Below, one piece after another: positions 18,790 through 28,744 of a stretch of DNA of 64,000 nucleotides (position 1 is its first letter; every line of letters begins with the position of its first letter). Source of the DNA: an uncultured bacterium (GTDB lineage: Bacteria; UBP4; UBA4092); assembly GCA_964644695.1 (NCBI GenBank), contig CAZXWN010000012.1:1-64000 (forward strand), written 5' to 3'. The position numbers and the translations under genes are program-made. Under the pieces are notes generated by a model. It saw only the letters and a program-made list of their open reading frames with translations, had not been told where the DNA came from and did no database searches.

Positions 18790-21700
18790 TTATTCTTTAG
18801 TAATCAACTGAAGCGGTAATTTCTCAACATTGTCTATCTTCTGACAGAAGTCTACAAACTTTCCATAATCACTTGGTTTAATTCTTAAGTCTGGTACCAG
18901 TACTGTTCGCTTCAATATCCATTCATTTGCTTGATTCTTCCACTCTAATTGATAGGAACCAAAGGGTGACAAGCTGGTCATCTGAGATGGGTTTTCAATT
19001 AATTGCATACCTTCTGGTAATACGAGTCGGACATTAAAATCACGATGTAATACCGAACCCTTTATCTCATAATCTTGTTCCCGTGTAGGTGAAGGCACCA
19101 TCCGTGACATATTTAAGGGAAGGGATAATGGTTGCAGGGTCCATCCTTTTTCTCCCTTTAACAGTAGCTGTGAGGATGTTCCTTCGAAAACCAGTCGTAA
19201 GGGCGAAGAAAGTTCCTTCACATCAGTCCATTGTGATGTTGATAGTGTGAATCCTGGTATAAGACGGTTCAGTTCTTCATCAGCAATACGTTTTTTTCGG
19301 ACAGGGTCTTCGATTATTTCCCTTATATAAGTTGCAATATCCCCCTGGTATAGTATTTCACCCTGAACCTGACAATTACCGTCTTTTTCAGGTTGTAGGA
19401 TTATGTGATGTACCAAGTCGGGTTGGGTGAAGCGGATGTCTGGCAGGGAAATATATTCTTGTCCTGATTGAGTACATACAATAGCGGGTTTTCCCTGAAG
19501 GGTGTCTCCCAGTTGTCCAAAAGGTCTATATTTTGAGCTAAAATCAAGATAAACAGGATTATTGTTTGGTATTAATACCCTTAACAAGAAACTATCATAG
19601 GTTCCCTGTTTGGGGATCGCTGCATCTTGCATTGAAGGTGGATTATTGTCTGCCAAAACTAGGTCAGCTTTAACTCCTAATTCTCTCAATAACGCTAAGG
19701 CCAGTAATGTTTTGTCGGAAGTGTTTCCATTTTTCAGTAAAAGAGTATCAGTTATCATGCCTCCCGAACTGGAGCTGGTAGCGATTTTATCCAATACCCA
19801 AGAGTAAACAGTTTGAGCTGTTTTGAGGGGAGAAGATGAATCTTCAGCCAATAAATGTGCCTGTATTTTGATTTCAGGAGTCACAAAGGTTCTCAATGAA
19901 ATATCATCAATCAGGGATTGGAGCGCAGCAGATTCATTTGGCCATGTGGACCAAAGGACATTAGTCAGTATTCCTTGTTTATCGGGCATCATAGGTTCTT
20001 GTTTGATACCTATGGAGCTTTCCCGAGTCCATGTGTAAAAGATTCTATTCCCTTCCTTTTTTATAATGGGCTGGAAAGTTTCAGGCATATTTCGATAATG
20101 AAAAGGAAGCTCGGAAGGGAGGCTCAAAGAAAGCCGGGATAAGGCCATGGGGTCTTCTGTTTGTTGGAAGAAAAACAGGCCGTTATCAAATCCCTGATTT
20201 GAAAAACGTCGGGCAGGTTTTGACTCAGTATACAAATATTCAATGATGGTGTTTTTGCCAACAGCATACATGGAAAGGGTTTTACCGGAACCCGTTTGTG
20301 TGACTTGAGTGGGTTGATAGATTTTCCCATCTGGAGTGATGGTTCGGGCCATAATAACCTGGGCAGATGCTGGAATAGTGACTTCTTCATAGGCTTCCTG
20401 GCCTTGCTCATTAAGGATTTTAATGGCTTGATGGGTCATGGTTCGTGTTCCCCCATCGGATTGATATTCCACTGCCATCAGATCCAGAAGATAAATAACC
20501 GAAGCTCGGGGATAGTTTACTGCATCAAATCCTGTGGTACTTACTGATTCTAATGACATATCGAAGGGTTCATAAAATGCAGGTGTTCCTGTAAGTCTGC
20601 GAACGCGTTCCGTTAATTCTGGATCACTGGGTCGGCAGTTTAATCCTTGCTGGAAAACAGTGATAGCTTTCTGGGTATCGCCGCTCCATAAAAGGTTGTC
20701 ACCCAGAGCGATATATCCACCAGGTTGATGGGGTGCTGTAAGAGTTGCTTGACTGAAACAATTCAGAGCCTCTTGGGGATGATCCAATTTCATTTGATAG
20801 TGTCCGCGGGCAATCCAGTCCATGAAATAGAGGGGTTGACCAGAAAGGAACTGCTCATACATCTGGGATGATTCCCGTTGCTTTCCCTGCCGCTCAAGAT
20901 TGTTTCGAAGACTGTTTAATACTTCTCTGTTATCTTTTTGAAATCCATATAAATATCGGCGAAGGGGTTCAGCTTCTGAATATAGCCCTCGCTGTTCTTT
21001 ATAGTCAGCAAGTTTTTGCCACGCATAGGAAAATGCTGGATTAGCCGTTGTGGTTTTTGCAAGCCACGATTCTGATTCGTTGGGCCAACCCTGATCCCAT
21101 GTCAAAATGGAGTGCATGGCAGGAACTTGCCAGTTAGTGGGATGGTGTTTCTCCATTTGGTGCAGATATTCTGTGGCGTTGTCCCATTGTTTCTTGTTCA
21201 GGAATAGTTGAAAGAGTCCTTCTATGGCTGGGCAGGAAACAGGGTCAAGCTCAAGTGTTCTGGTGTAATAACTCTGGGCTTGATTTAATAGTCGAGCAGA
21301 TGAGCGATTAAACTGATTCACTCTTTCCTGACACAAACTCCCCATGATTTCATTTGGAAGGTACCATGATGGATTTTCTTTTATTAATTGATTTAAGGGT
21401 GAAATTACTCTTTCAAACTGTCCGGAATGACCTAGATATTCACAGGCCAATAGCCGGCCGGCAAGTAGATTCCCTTCACAGAGGAATGATGTGTTAGATA
21501 TATATTCATTAAGCCCCGGATTCAAAAATAAGGGGGATTGAATCGATGAGCCTGGTTCCAGTTCAGGATATTTTATTGTGCATGATTTGCCAATATCTGG
21601 GGGCTGTTGAATTTCCAAAGGAGTATAGTTTTTGTCTAGCAGCCGAATTCTGTACTCCATATCCGAGCTAACATTCACCAGCTTTAATACCAAATAGTTT

Positions 21701-22617
21701 GTTCCCTTTTTTAGTGTTAATGGGACGGCTTCGAAATCTCCGGTGTAAAGGAAGTTGATTGATTTATAGGCTATTGGTTTTCCATTTAACCAAAGCTTAG
21801 CTAAATCTGGAGTGTCTAATGCTAGTAGGATATTTCTATCGGATGCCGAATTGACTCGAGTTCCCAGATAGAGAGTTCCTCCAGAGGGATAAACATCCAT
21901 TTCAGGATAAATCCAGCCGTCATATCCGCCGGGTGTCAGTGGTTGTCGATGGACCTGTTTAATCCAACCGGGATAGGTAGACAGATTTATTTCCTTCTCG
22001 GGGTGGGGTTCTGAAAGTTTTTTGGGGATATTAATGGAGTCTATATCAAGTCCCTCATTTTCAAAGGGGCCTAATACAAAGTCCCATTGAACGAGATTCC
22101 CGGAATGCGCACTATATTCCCGACATTTATTTCTATCCCCCAGGCTTTGATACATATGCAATAGATAATCACGGACAACAGTAATTAGGTATTCACTCGA
22201 AGCGGATGAGAGTAACAGATGTTTTTCCCATTGGGTAAGTGTGTCGGGATATCGTTTTCTGGCAAGAGGAGAAGTCTCTTGCAGTTTTGTTAATCGCCAG
22301 ACGACAGCTTCATTCAAGGGATGAGTGGGAAGGGTGTTTAACATCTTCTCCAGATGACGATATTCCTCATCAGGTTGGCCCATTCTTCTGCTCAGCAATG
22401 AATTCCCATAACAGGCAAAATAAGTATCTTCCTGTGTTGCCTGGGGGGTGCTCCAGAGTGTGGATGTTTTGGCATAATCCTGTTCCGTAGACAGGGTCCA
22501 GGCCTGATTTTGCTGGGCTTGAGTATTTACTCCCAGGGGAATGAGCGCTGCTAATATGAGGGTTGATATGTGTTGTATGGTTGTTTTATTCATAAGTTCG
22601 TATGCTTTCATACCCAC
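18790..22617 (-). CDS. Exported TPR + DUF3857 + transglutaminase-like protein
   Basis: Signal peptide, TPR helices, DUF3857-like segment (HQAIKILNEQG, ARTITPDGK, IIEY), TGase-like helical core, C-terminal YGKFVDFCQKID. Confidence 0.7.
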   Translation of the reverse strand: MGMKAYELMNKTTIQHISTLILAALIPLGVNTQAQQNQAWTLSTEQDYAKTSTLWSTPQATQEDTYFACYGNSLLSRRMGQPDEEYRHLEKMLNTLPTHPLNEAVVWRLTKLQETSPLARKRYPDTLTQWEKHLLLSSASSEYLITVVRDYLLHMYQSLGDRNKCREYSAHSGNLVQWDFVLGPFENEGLDIDSINIPKKLSEPHPEKEINLSTYPGWIKQVHRQPLTPGGYDGWIYPEMDVYPSGGTLYLGTRVNSASDRNILLALDTPDLAKLWLNGKPIAYKSINFLYTGDFEAVPLTLKKGTNYLVLKLVNVSSDMEYRIRLLDKNYTPLEIQQPPDIGKSCTIKYPELEPGSSIQSPLFLNPGLNEYISNTSFLCEGNLLAGRLLACEYLGHSGQFERVISPLNQLIKENPSWYLPNEIMGSLCQERVNQFNRSSARLLNQAQSYYTRTLELDPVSCPAIEGLFQLFLNKKQWDNATEYLHQMEKHHPTNWQVPAMHSILTWDQGWPNESESWLAKTTTANPAFSYAWQKLADYKEQRGLYSEAEPLRRYLYGFQKDNREVLNSLRNNLERQGKQRESSQMYEQFLSGQPLYFMDWIARGHYQMKLDHPQEALNCFSQATLTAPHQPGGYIALGDNLLWSGDTQKAITVFQQGLNCRPSDPELTERVRRLTGTPAFYEPFDMSLESVSTTGFDAVNYPRASVIYLLDLMAVEYQSDGGTRTMTHQAIKILNEQGQEAYEEVTIPASAQVIMARTITPDGKIYQPTQVTQTGSGKTLSMYAVGKNTIIEYLYTESKPARRFSNQGFDNGLFFFQQTEDPMALSRLSLSLPSELPFHYRNMPETFQPIIKKEGNRIFYTWTRESSIGIKQEPMMPDKQGILTNVLWSTWPNESAALQSLIDDISLRTFVTPEIKIQAHLLAEDSSSPLKTAQTVYSWVLDKIATSSSSGGMITDTLLLKNGNTSDKTLLALALLRELGVKADLVLADNNPPSMQDAAIPKQGTYDSFLLRVLIPNNNPVYLDFSSKYRPFGQLGDTLQGKPAIVCTQSGQEYISLPDIRFTQPDLVHHIILQPEKDGNCQVQGEILYQGDIATYIREIIEDPVRKKRIADEELNRLIPGFTLSTSQWTDVKELSSPLRLVFEGTSSQLLLKGEKGWTLQPLSLPLNMSRMVPSPTREQDYEIKGSVLHRDFNVRLVLPEGMQLIENPSQMTSLSPFGSYQLEWKNQANEWILKRTVLVPDLRIKPSDYGKFVDFCQKIDNVEKLPLQLITKE

Positions 22618-22804
22618 TAAACCTTGTCAAGATAATCGATTTTCCCTTGTTCATTCTATGATTAGTATTTTATTGACGAAAATGGAAACAAGATTCTAAA
22701 TATAGAAAAAAACAGATTGACAAGAAAATGTCTCCTGAAGAATAATTCATTATCGTTGTAATATGTGTCAATTTTGTTTTTGGGTAAGGAGGTGACAGAT
22801 AATT

Positions 22805-23395
22805 ATGTCTAAAAAGGGTTTTACGCTTATTGAGTTATTGATTGTTGTGGCGATTATCGCCATCTTGGCGGCCATTGCTATTCCGAACTTCCTGGCTGCT
22901 CAAGTACGATCAAAAGTATCAAGGGTAAAGGCAGAATTACGAACTGTATCCACTGGATTGGAATCTTATTATGTTGATAACAATGAATATCCATTGAATA
23001 CTGGCCTCGCACCGCATACTCCAGAACAAATAGCTTTACGTCCTGCCGTATCGGTTCTTCCTTTGGAACTATCTACCCCCATTGCATATCTATCCAATGT
23101 AGATTTTAAAGATCCCTTTAAGAAACCTGGTCAGGCTGCAGATGAGGAGATTTATACATATCAGAATATTGACTTATATAAATCTCAATATGGAACACCC
23201 TACTGGGATGTCGCATTGGATTGGTACGGGAAGTATCGCTTATGTTCAATTGGGCCGGATGGAGTCTTTTCGAAAACTGGGAGTGCTGCAACACTTCAGT
23301 ATGATCCAACGAACGGTACTATATCTGATGGGAATATTTGGTCAGGACAAAAAGGTGCGGAACCGAAGAGTGGCCCAATTTATAACGGACTATAA
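22805..23395 (+). CDS. Prepilin / GspG-like pseudopilin
   Basis: KKG|FTLIELLIVVAII, YYVDNNEYP, DPF, SIGPDG and YDPTNGT. Strong RBS AAGGAGGTG. Confidence 0.9.
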   Translation: MSKKGFTLIELLIVVAIIAILAAIAIPNFLAAQVRSKVSRVKAELRTVSTGLESYYVDNNEYPLNTGLAPHTPEQIALRPAVSVLPLELSTPIAYLSNVDFKDPFKKPGQAADEEIYTYQNIDLYKSQYGTPYWDVALDWYGKYRLCSIGPDGVFSKTGSAATLQYDPTNGTISDGNIWSGQKGAEPKSGPIYNGL

Positions 23396-23418
23396 AAATA
23401 TCTATAATTGAGTTTAGG

Positions 23419-23450
23419 TAAAGGCCTTTATCAAAAGGCCTTTATTTTTT
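23419..23450. terminator. Bidirectional terminator between convergent genes
   Basis: TAAAGGCCTTT...AAAGGCCTTTA followed by a T run. Confidence 0.65.
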
Positions 23451-24276
23451 ACATATCCCAAGGGCGAAGTATATCTTTCCAGCCACGGCCATCATGCCGC
23501 CATTTGGGTTTAGCGGCTTCAATCTGTTTTTCTCTATTGCGGATTTGATGCCAGGATGTGGGCTTTTCAACAGGTGGAGGGGGAGGGGGAGTTTCTTTCT
23601 TCTCATATTTGTCCAAGACTTCAAAAAGAAGATTCTGGCTGTGTACTGCAAGAATGGTGAAGGACAATATGACTGGACCGACAACAGTGAGAACCGTCAA
23701 CATGACGACAGATAGTGTGGTTATCCCTGTCAAAAGCGTGGCTCCCAAATTATCCAGAGAAAGTAATATCATTCGGGTGAAGAGCTTTTTAAGGCCGGGA
23801 TTTTGTTGAACAATCAGAGGGTAAAGATATTGTCCTGATATCAATATAAATATCGCCGCCCAAAAGGTTAAACCTGCCAGAAGTAACCCTGGAGTTCGCA
23901 TTCCACCTTTTAGCTGTACATAAAAATAAACATTCACAGCCAGCAATGCCAAAACAGCATAGAACACTAAGGTGGAAATCAGCGCTGGTTTCCAGAATAA
24001 ACGGATACCTTCCCAGTAATGTTTCAAATGAATCTCTCGTTGCTCCACCATTCGTTGAGCCTGGTGATATAAGCCAATCAGCGGGATACTGAACAATGCA
24101 GCGGCCAACCCCAGAGAAAATAACAGAAGTAATGGGGGGAGCTTTACGGTGATACAAAATAATAAAACAATAAATGCGGGGATGGATAATAGAAAGGCGA
24201 CCATATTACCAATGATTGCTTGTCCGAGATTATCGTAGAAATCCCAGAAAAATCCGCCTAATATTCGGCCCAGCAT
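23449..24276 (-). CDS. Integral membrane protein (DUF624/YesL-like)
   Basis: About 5 TMs, YWEGIRLFWK and YLYPLIV pattern, Pro-rich C-terminal tail. Confidence 0.55.
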   Translation of the reverse strand: MLGRILGGFFWDFYDNLGQAIIGNMVAFLLSIPAFIVLLFCITVKLPPLLLLFSLGLAAALFSIPLIGLYHQAQRMVEQREIHLKHYWEGIRLFWKPALISTLVFYAVLALLAVNVYFYVQLKGGMRTPGLLLAGLTFWAAIFILISGQYLYPLIVQQNPGLKKLFTRMILLSLDNLGATLLTGITTLSVVMLTVLTVVGPVILSFTILAVHSQNLLFEVLDKYEKKETPPPPPPVEKPTSWHQIRNREKQIEAAKPKWRHDGRGWKDILRPWDM

Positions 24277-24289
24277 TTAGATAACCGTC

Positions 24290-25546
24290 CTATTCCTTGA
24301 CTCGTTGAATGCGGGCACCCAGAGAAGATAATTTCTCCTCCAGTTTTTCATACCCACGATCCAGGTGATAAACACGACTGATAGTCGTTTCACCCTGGGC
24401 GACCAGACCTGCCAGTGCCAGTGCGGCGGAGGCTCTTAAATCAGAAGCCATGACCGGTGCACCGGATAAAGAGGCGCAGCCGGTAACAATAGCGCTCTTC
24501 TCCTGGATTTGGATATTGGCACCCAGCCGTTGCAATTCACTGCAGTGCATGAATCGATTTTCCCAGATGTTTTCTCTGATAATCGAAGTCCCTTCGGAGA
24601 CACACATCAGTGACATATATTGGGCCTGTAAATCAGTAGGAAATCCGGGGTAGGGTGATGTGGTGATATTGGATGCATGTAATTTGTTTGGAACGGAAAC
24701 CAGCAGCCCGCCTACATCTTGTGTGATTCGGACTCCAGCTTCCAGTAGCTTGGTTTGAACAGCGAGCATATGGTCTAATATGGCATTTCTAACCTTTACT
24801 TTACCGCCAGTGATGGCGGCGGCCATAATGTAAGTTCCTGCTTCAATTCGGTCGGGGATAACGGTGTAATCAGTTCCGTTGAGATGCTTAACACCCTCAA
24901 TTTGGATGATAGAGCTGCCGGCTCCGGAAATCTTTGCACCCATCTTTTTGAGGAAATTCGCCAAGTCTTCAATTTCGGGTTCGAGTGCGGCATTTTCTAT
25001 CAGAGTTTTTCCCGGGGCTAAAACAGCGGCTAACATTACATTGACTGTGGCACCGACACTGGGAAAATCAAGATAGACTTCAGCGCCTCGAAGGCCTTCT
25101 CCTGAAGCGTTGACATATCCGCTGTCAATCTGAATATCGCAGCCAAGAGATTGAAAACCCTTCAAGTGAAGATTGATAGGACGAAGGCCAATGGCACACC
25201 CACCGGGCATGGAGACACGGGCCTTACGGACTTTACCCAGCAATGACCCCAACACATAAATGGATGCACGCATCTTACGGACTAAATCGTAGGGTGCTTC
25301 AAATCCAGCCAGTGTAGTAGGGTCAATCATCAAGGAATGATTGTCATATCGATTTGCTTTGACTCCCAGTGTTTTCATCACCAGCAGCATGTGCTCAACA
25401 TCCGAGACAATCGGGACATTGTGCAGGAGACACGGAGAATCCGCCAGAATACAGGCGGCCATTAAGGCTAATACTGAATTTTTTGCACCGCTGACAGTGA
25501 CATCCCCCTGGAGTGGAAAGCCGCCCGTGATGATTATTTTATCCAT
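24290..25546 (-). CDS. murA: UDP-N-acetylglucosamine 1-carboxyvinyltransferase
   Basis: SGAKNS, MRASI, PGGCAIGLRP (active-site Cys), PGFPTDLQAQ, DLRAS and LDRGYE. Confidence 0.97.
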   Translation of the reverse strand: MDKIIITGGFPLQGDVTVSGAKNSVLALMAACILADSPCLLHNVPIVSDVEHMLLVMKTLGVKANRYDNHSLMIDPTTLAGFEAPYDLVRKMRASIYVLGSLLGKVRKARVSMPGGCAIGLRPINLHLKGFQSLGCDIQIDSGYVNASGEGLRGAEVYLDFPSVGATVNVMLAAVLAPGKTLIENAALEPEIEDLANFLKKMGAKISGAGSSIIQIEGVKHLNGTDYTVIPDRIEAGTYIMAAAITGGKVKVRNAILDHMLAVQTKLLEAGVRITQDVGGLLVSVPNKLHASNITTSPYPGFPTDLQAQYMSLMCVSEGTSIIRENIWENRFMHCSELQRLGANIQIQEKSAIVTGCASLSGAPVMASDLRASAALALAGLVAQGETTISRVYHLDRGYEKLEEKLSSLGARIQRVKE

Positions 25547-25550
25547 GGTT

Positions 25551-26447
25551 TTATAAATCCTTGATGATGGGATCTTTTCTGGCGATGGCAAATCGTATGT
25601 TCTTTGCTAAATCACGCAGAATATTAATAGATTTTAACTCATATTGACCTGAGGCATGGAGGAGGTCTCTTAAGACCTCTCCCTGGTCTGAACCAATTTC
25701 GAGGAAAAGCCAGCCTCCGGGATTAAGATAATCGGGGGCTTCATGAACGATTTTTTTCAGGATAACTATACCCTTGGGACCGCCATTGAGTGCCAGATGG
25801 GGTTCATGATTTTTAACATCCTGGGATAAATGTTCCATGTCTGCGTCGGCGATATAGGGAGGATTTGAAAGAATAAAATCAAAATGTCTTCCCTGTAGTT
25901 CAGTAAATAAGTCGGATTGTATGAGTTCCACAGTTTGGGGTGGAGTCAGTATCTTGGTTATATTCTCACGCGCAACATCCAGGGCCGCGGGACTGATGTC
26001 CGATGCGGCAACCTTTAAAGAGGGACACATCTGGGCACAGGAAACGGCAATACATCCAGACCCGGTACATAAATCCAGAAGGGTATAATTGCCAGGGATA
26101 TCCTGAACAAAATCCATCACTCTCTCAACCAGGAGTTCTGTCTCAGGCCGGGGGACCAAAACACTGGAGTTAACTTTGAAAGTCAGTCCCATGAATTCTT
26201 TTCGTCCCAGGATATAGGCTACCGGTTCATAGTTTAATCTGCGTTCTATCAATGAGTTGAATGTCCTGCTTTGGTCTTCATGGACAGGCCATTCAGGGTG
26301 TACCATCAAATCCACACGGCGACACTTTAACACTTCCGCTAATAGTAACTCAGCGTCCAGTCGGGGACTGTCAATTCCCGCTTGAGTGAGAAGTTGATTC
26401 GCTTGGGTGAGTACATCATTGACGGTTGTTGTCAGATTATCAGGCAT
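25551..26447 (-). CDS. prmC: Release factor glutamine methyltransferase
   Basis: EPVAYILG, LVPRPETE, DLCTGSGCIA and SNPPY. Confidence 0.95.
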   Translation of the reverse strand: MPDNLTTTVNDVLTQANQLLTQAGIDSPRLDAELLLAEVLKCRRVDLMVHPEWPVHEDQSRTFNSLIERRLNYEPVAYILGRKEFMGLTFKVNSSVLVPRPETELLVERVMDFVQDIPGNYTLLDLCTGSGCIAVSCAQMCPSLKVAASDISPAALDVARENITKILTPPQTVELIQSDLFTELQGRHFDFILSNPPYIADADMEHLSQDVKNHEPHLALNGGPKGIVILKKIVHEAPDYLNPGGWLFLEIGSDQGEVLRDLLHASGQYELKSINILRDLAKNIRFAIARKDPIIKDL

Positions 26448-26461
26448 GATACATGGGGGAT

Positions 26462-27382
26462 TTATTCGATGGGTTCAACTTCATCAGGATGTTCATCTGC
26501 CTTGCCTTTTCCCATGGAAAGCATAACCCCTGTGAGAATTAATACACCACCAATGTAGGTTTCCATGTGAGGGACTTGGTTGAATACCAGATAGGCCAGG
26601 ACGGAAGCAAGCACAGGCTCAACATAAAGCGCTAGCCCTACCTTGTGAGCTGATATATATTTCAGTGACCAGTTGAGTAGCGAATGACCCATTAGTGTGG
26701 GGAAGATGACCATCATCGCAAGCCAGAACCAAACAGAGGATGAATAGGGAGCAAATGGATTTCCAGCAATGACCGCCAGTGTTCCCAGGAAAAATGCGGC
26801 CGCGCCATAAACGATGGTCATGTAATTATTCAGCTCCACCCGGGGGCGAGTCTTTCGTCCGAAAAGAAAGTATATGGCTGCAAAAAATCCTGAAACAAGT
26901 GCCAGCATATCTCCCATGAATTCTTTTCCAGATAACTTCAAGTCACCGCCACTGATAATCACAGCCCCCAGAAAAGCGAGTGCTAACCCGATAATATCCC
27001 ATTTCTCGACTTTCTCTTTTAAAAATATCCACCCTAGAAAGGTGACAAATAAAGGCTGAGTGTTAACGAGAATGGTGGCACTCGAGATGGTGGTATAACC
27101 GAGGCAGGTGATCCATGTGGCAAAGTGAAGCCCTAAAAATAATCCAGCCAAAAGACTGTAGGGAATATCTTCTCTGGGTATTCGCAGCGACAGAGAACGG
27201 TTTTTATACCAGGCTCCACCCAGCATAAAGATACCCGCAATGAGGAGTCGGTAAAAACCGATAATAAAAGCGGGCGCAGGGCATAAACGAATCAAGGTCC
27301 CGGCACTGGAGCCGGCAATGACGGCGAGTGTCAGGACCATGTAAGGTGCAATATGTGTTGAATTTGTTTTTTTGTTTACCAC
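26462..27382 (-). CDS. DMT/EamA family transporter
   Basis: Two EamA repeats, 10 TMs, HFATW and EPV motifs. Confidence 0.85.
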   Translation of the reverse strand: MVNKKTNSTHIAPYMVLTLAVIAGSSAGTLIRLCPAPAFIIGFYRLLIAGIFMLGGAWYKNRSLSLRIPREDIPYSLLAGLFLGLHFATWITCLGYTTISSATILVNTQPLFVTFLGWIFLKEKVEKWDIIGLALAFLGAVIISGGDLKLSGKEFMGDMLALVSGFFAAIYFLFGRKTRPRVELNNYMTIVYGAAAFFLGTLAVIAGNPFAPYSSSVWFWLAMMVIFPTLMGHSLLNWSLKYISAHKVGLALYVEPVLASVLAYLVFNQVPHMETYIGGVLILTGVMLSMGKGKADEHPDEVEPIE

Positions 27383-27879
27383 AGAGGTACCTGGGGATAT
27401 TTCTTTCTCAAGAAATAGTCTAACCCAAAATACCGACCAGCGGCACTAATCAATAAAACCAGGGACACTAATATGAAAACCAGGTTGATTGTTTCACTGG
27501 CTCCACCCTTGTATGCCGATGCAAGATGATAATTCAAATTCATCAATATGGCACCTATGGCAGCAGGGCGAACCAGGAGCCCACCAATAAAAGCCAGCCC
27601 GACTAATATTTCTCCAAACACAACCAGGTAAGCAAAAATATCGGCGTTCGGTATAACCATGGTTTCTGTAATCTGGCGGTACCAGGGATACCAACCGGCA
27701 GGCATATCGTTCACCCACCCCTGAATGACTCCCCCTAAGGCGCCAGGGTTGAGCATCCCGGGAAACTTGGCAAGCCCGGCTTTCAAAAACATAAGTCCCA
27801 GTCCTATCCGCAGGATGGCTAAAGGCCACCCGGAAGTAGAGAGTTTTGCATTTTCTTTTACTAAATCGCATGTATTCAT
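27376..27879 (-). CDS. DoxX family membrane protein
   Basis: LRIGLGLMFLKAGLAK, GEILVGLA and AGRYFGLD. Confidence 0.8.
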   Translation of the reverse strand: MNTCDLVKENAKLSTSGWPLAILRIGLGLMFLKAGLAKFPGMLNPGALGGVIQGWVNDMPAGWYPWYRQITETMVIPNADIFAYLVVFGEILVGLAFIGGLLVRPAAIGAILMNLNYHLASAYKGGASETINLVFILVSLVLLISAAGRYFGLDYFLRKKYPQVPLW

Positions 27880-27982
27880 GATGTGTCTCCTTTCACTAAA
27901 GGGTCTCTATCTTTTCGTAACCCGAAAAATGATAATTCTGTTCCAAAATTAAAATAAGTCCTGATTTTGAACGAAGCAGAAA

Positions 27983-28023
27983 CGAATCAGCTACGGAGAA
28001 GTTCCGAGCAGCTCCGTGGTTGG
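27983..28023. repeat. Short palindromic intergenic repeat, copy 2
   Basis: CGAATCAGCTACGGAGAAGTTCCGAGCAGCTCCGTGGTTGG. See copy 1. Confidence 0.6.
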
Positions 28024-28111
28024 CTTGTTGCTGAAATTGTGCGAAACTGAGTGAAATGTTCTATTTTTAGTCAAGAGAATGACTATTTTGTGATTCTTTA
28101 AACAATTTTGC

Positions 28112-28140
28112 TTGACGAAAGTCTCCGATTTTTTTATAGT
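28112..28140 (+). promoter_or_regulatory. Sigma70 promoter of the tRNA pair
   Basis: TTGACG-N17-TATAGT about 30 bp upstream of tRNA-Val. Confidence 0.7.
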
Positions 28141-28169
28141 TAAATTCCTGTTTGATTTAAAGTTTGGCC

Positions 28170-28245
28170 GGGCGGGTAGCTCAGCTGGGAGAGCATCACC
28201 CTTACAAGGTGGGGGTCGCAGGTTCGAGCCCTGTCCCGCCCACCA
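28170..28245 (+). tRNA. tRNA-Val(TAC)
   Basis: GGGCGGG/CCCGCCC acceptor stem, anticodon loop CTTACAA, GGTTCGAG T-arm, encoded CCA. Confidence 0.97.
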
Positions 28246-28328
28246 GTTAAACTGATATAAATCTCCCAAAAAACGGGAACATGTGGTAAAATGGTTAAAT
28301 CAGATTTTTCTGACAAGCCATTACTTAC

Positions 28329-28405
28329 GGAGCGGTAGTTCAGTTGGTTAGAACGCCTGCCTGTCACGCAGGAGGTCGCGGGTTCGAGTCCCGTCCGCTC
28401 CGCCA
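28329..28405 (+). tRNA. tRNA-Asp(GTC)
   Basis: GGAGCGG/CCGCTCC acceptor stem, anticodon loop CTGTCAC, GGTTCGAG T-arm, encoded CCA. Confidence 0.97.
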
Positions 28406-28621
28406 TATTACTTCCCTTGATCTAAGTCTGCCACTCCCAAATCATACAGGTTGTTTATTCCAATTGTTTTAATGAAACGATTGGAAAAACCCAAAGAGTT
28501 ATGAGCGAGGTACTGGAATCTTCCCCTGAAAGTTAAGTAATTTTGGACTTTTAGCTGGTGAAAAATTTTGCACATTGAGTAACAAAGTGTAATAATTTGA
28601 GACAGCTTTGATAAAAAAAAC

Positions 28622-28651
28622 TTGACATAACAATCGTTTAGCAGATATAAA
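28622..28651 (+). promoter_or_regulatory. Candidate sigma70 promoter for the pilMN-fusion/secretin module
   Basis: TTGACA-N18-TATAAA preceded by an A-rich UP-like tract. Confidence 0.45.
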
Positions 28652-28744
28652 TGAGTCAACAAGTGGTATAAAACGACCAACGGGGGAGGGCATCGGAAAT
28701 AGATATGAAATACAAAACCGAGACCTCACAAGAGAGAGAGTTTC

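Noticed and set aside
27991-28406. Minus-strand ORFs of 92 and 88 aa
   Set aside because: They are antisense translations of tRNA-Val and tRNA-Asp.
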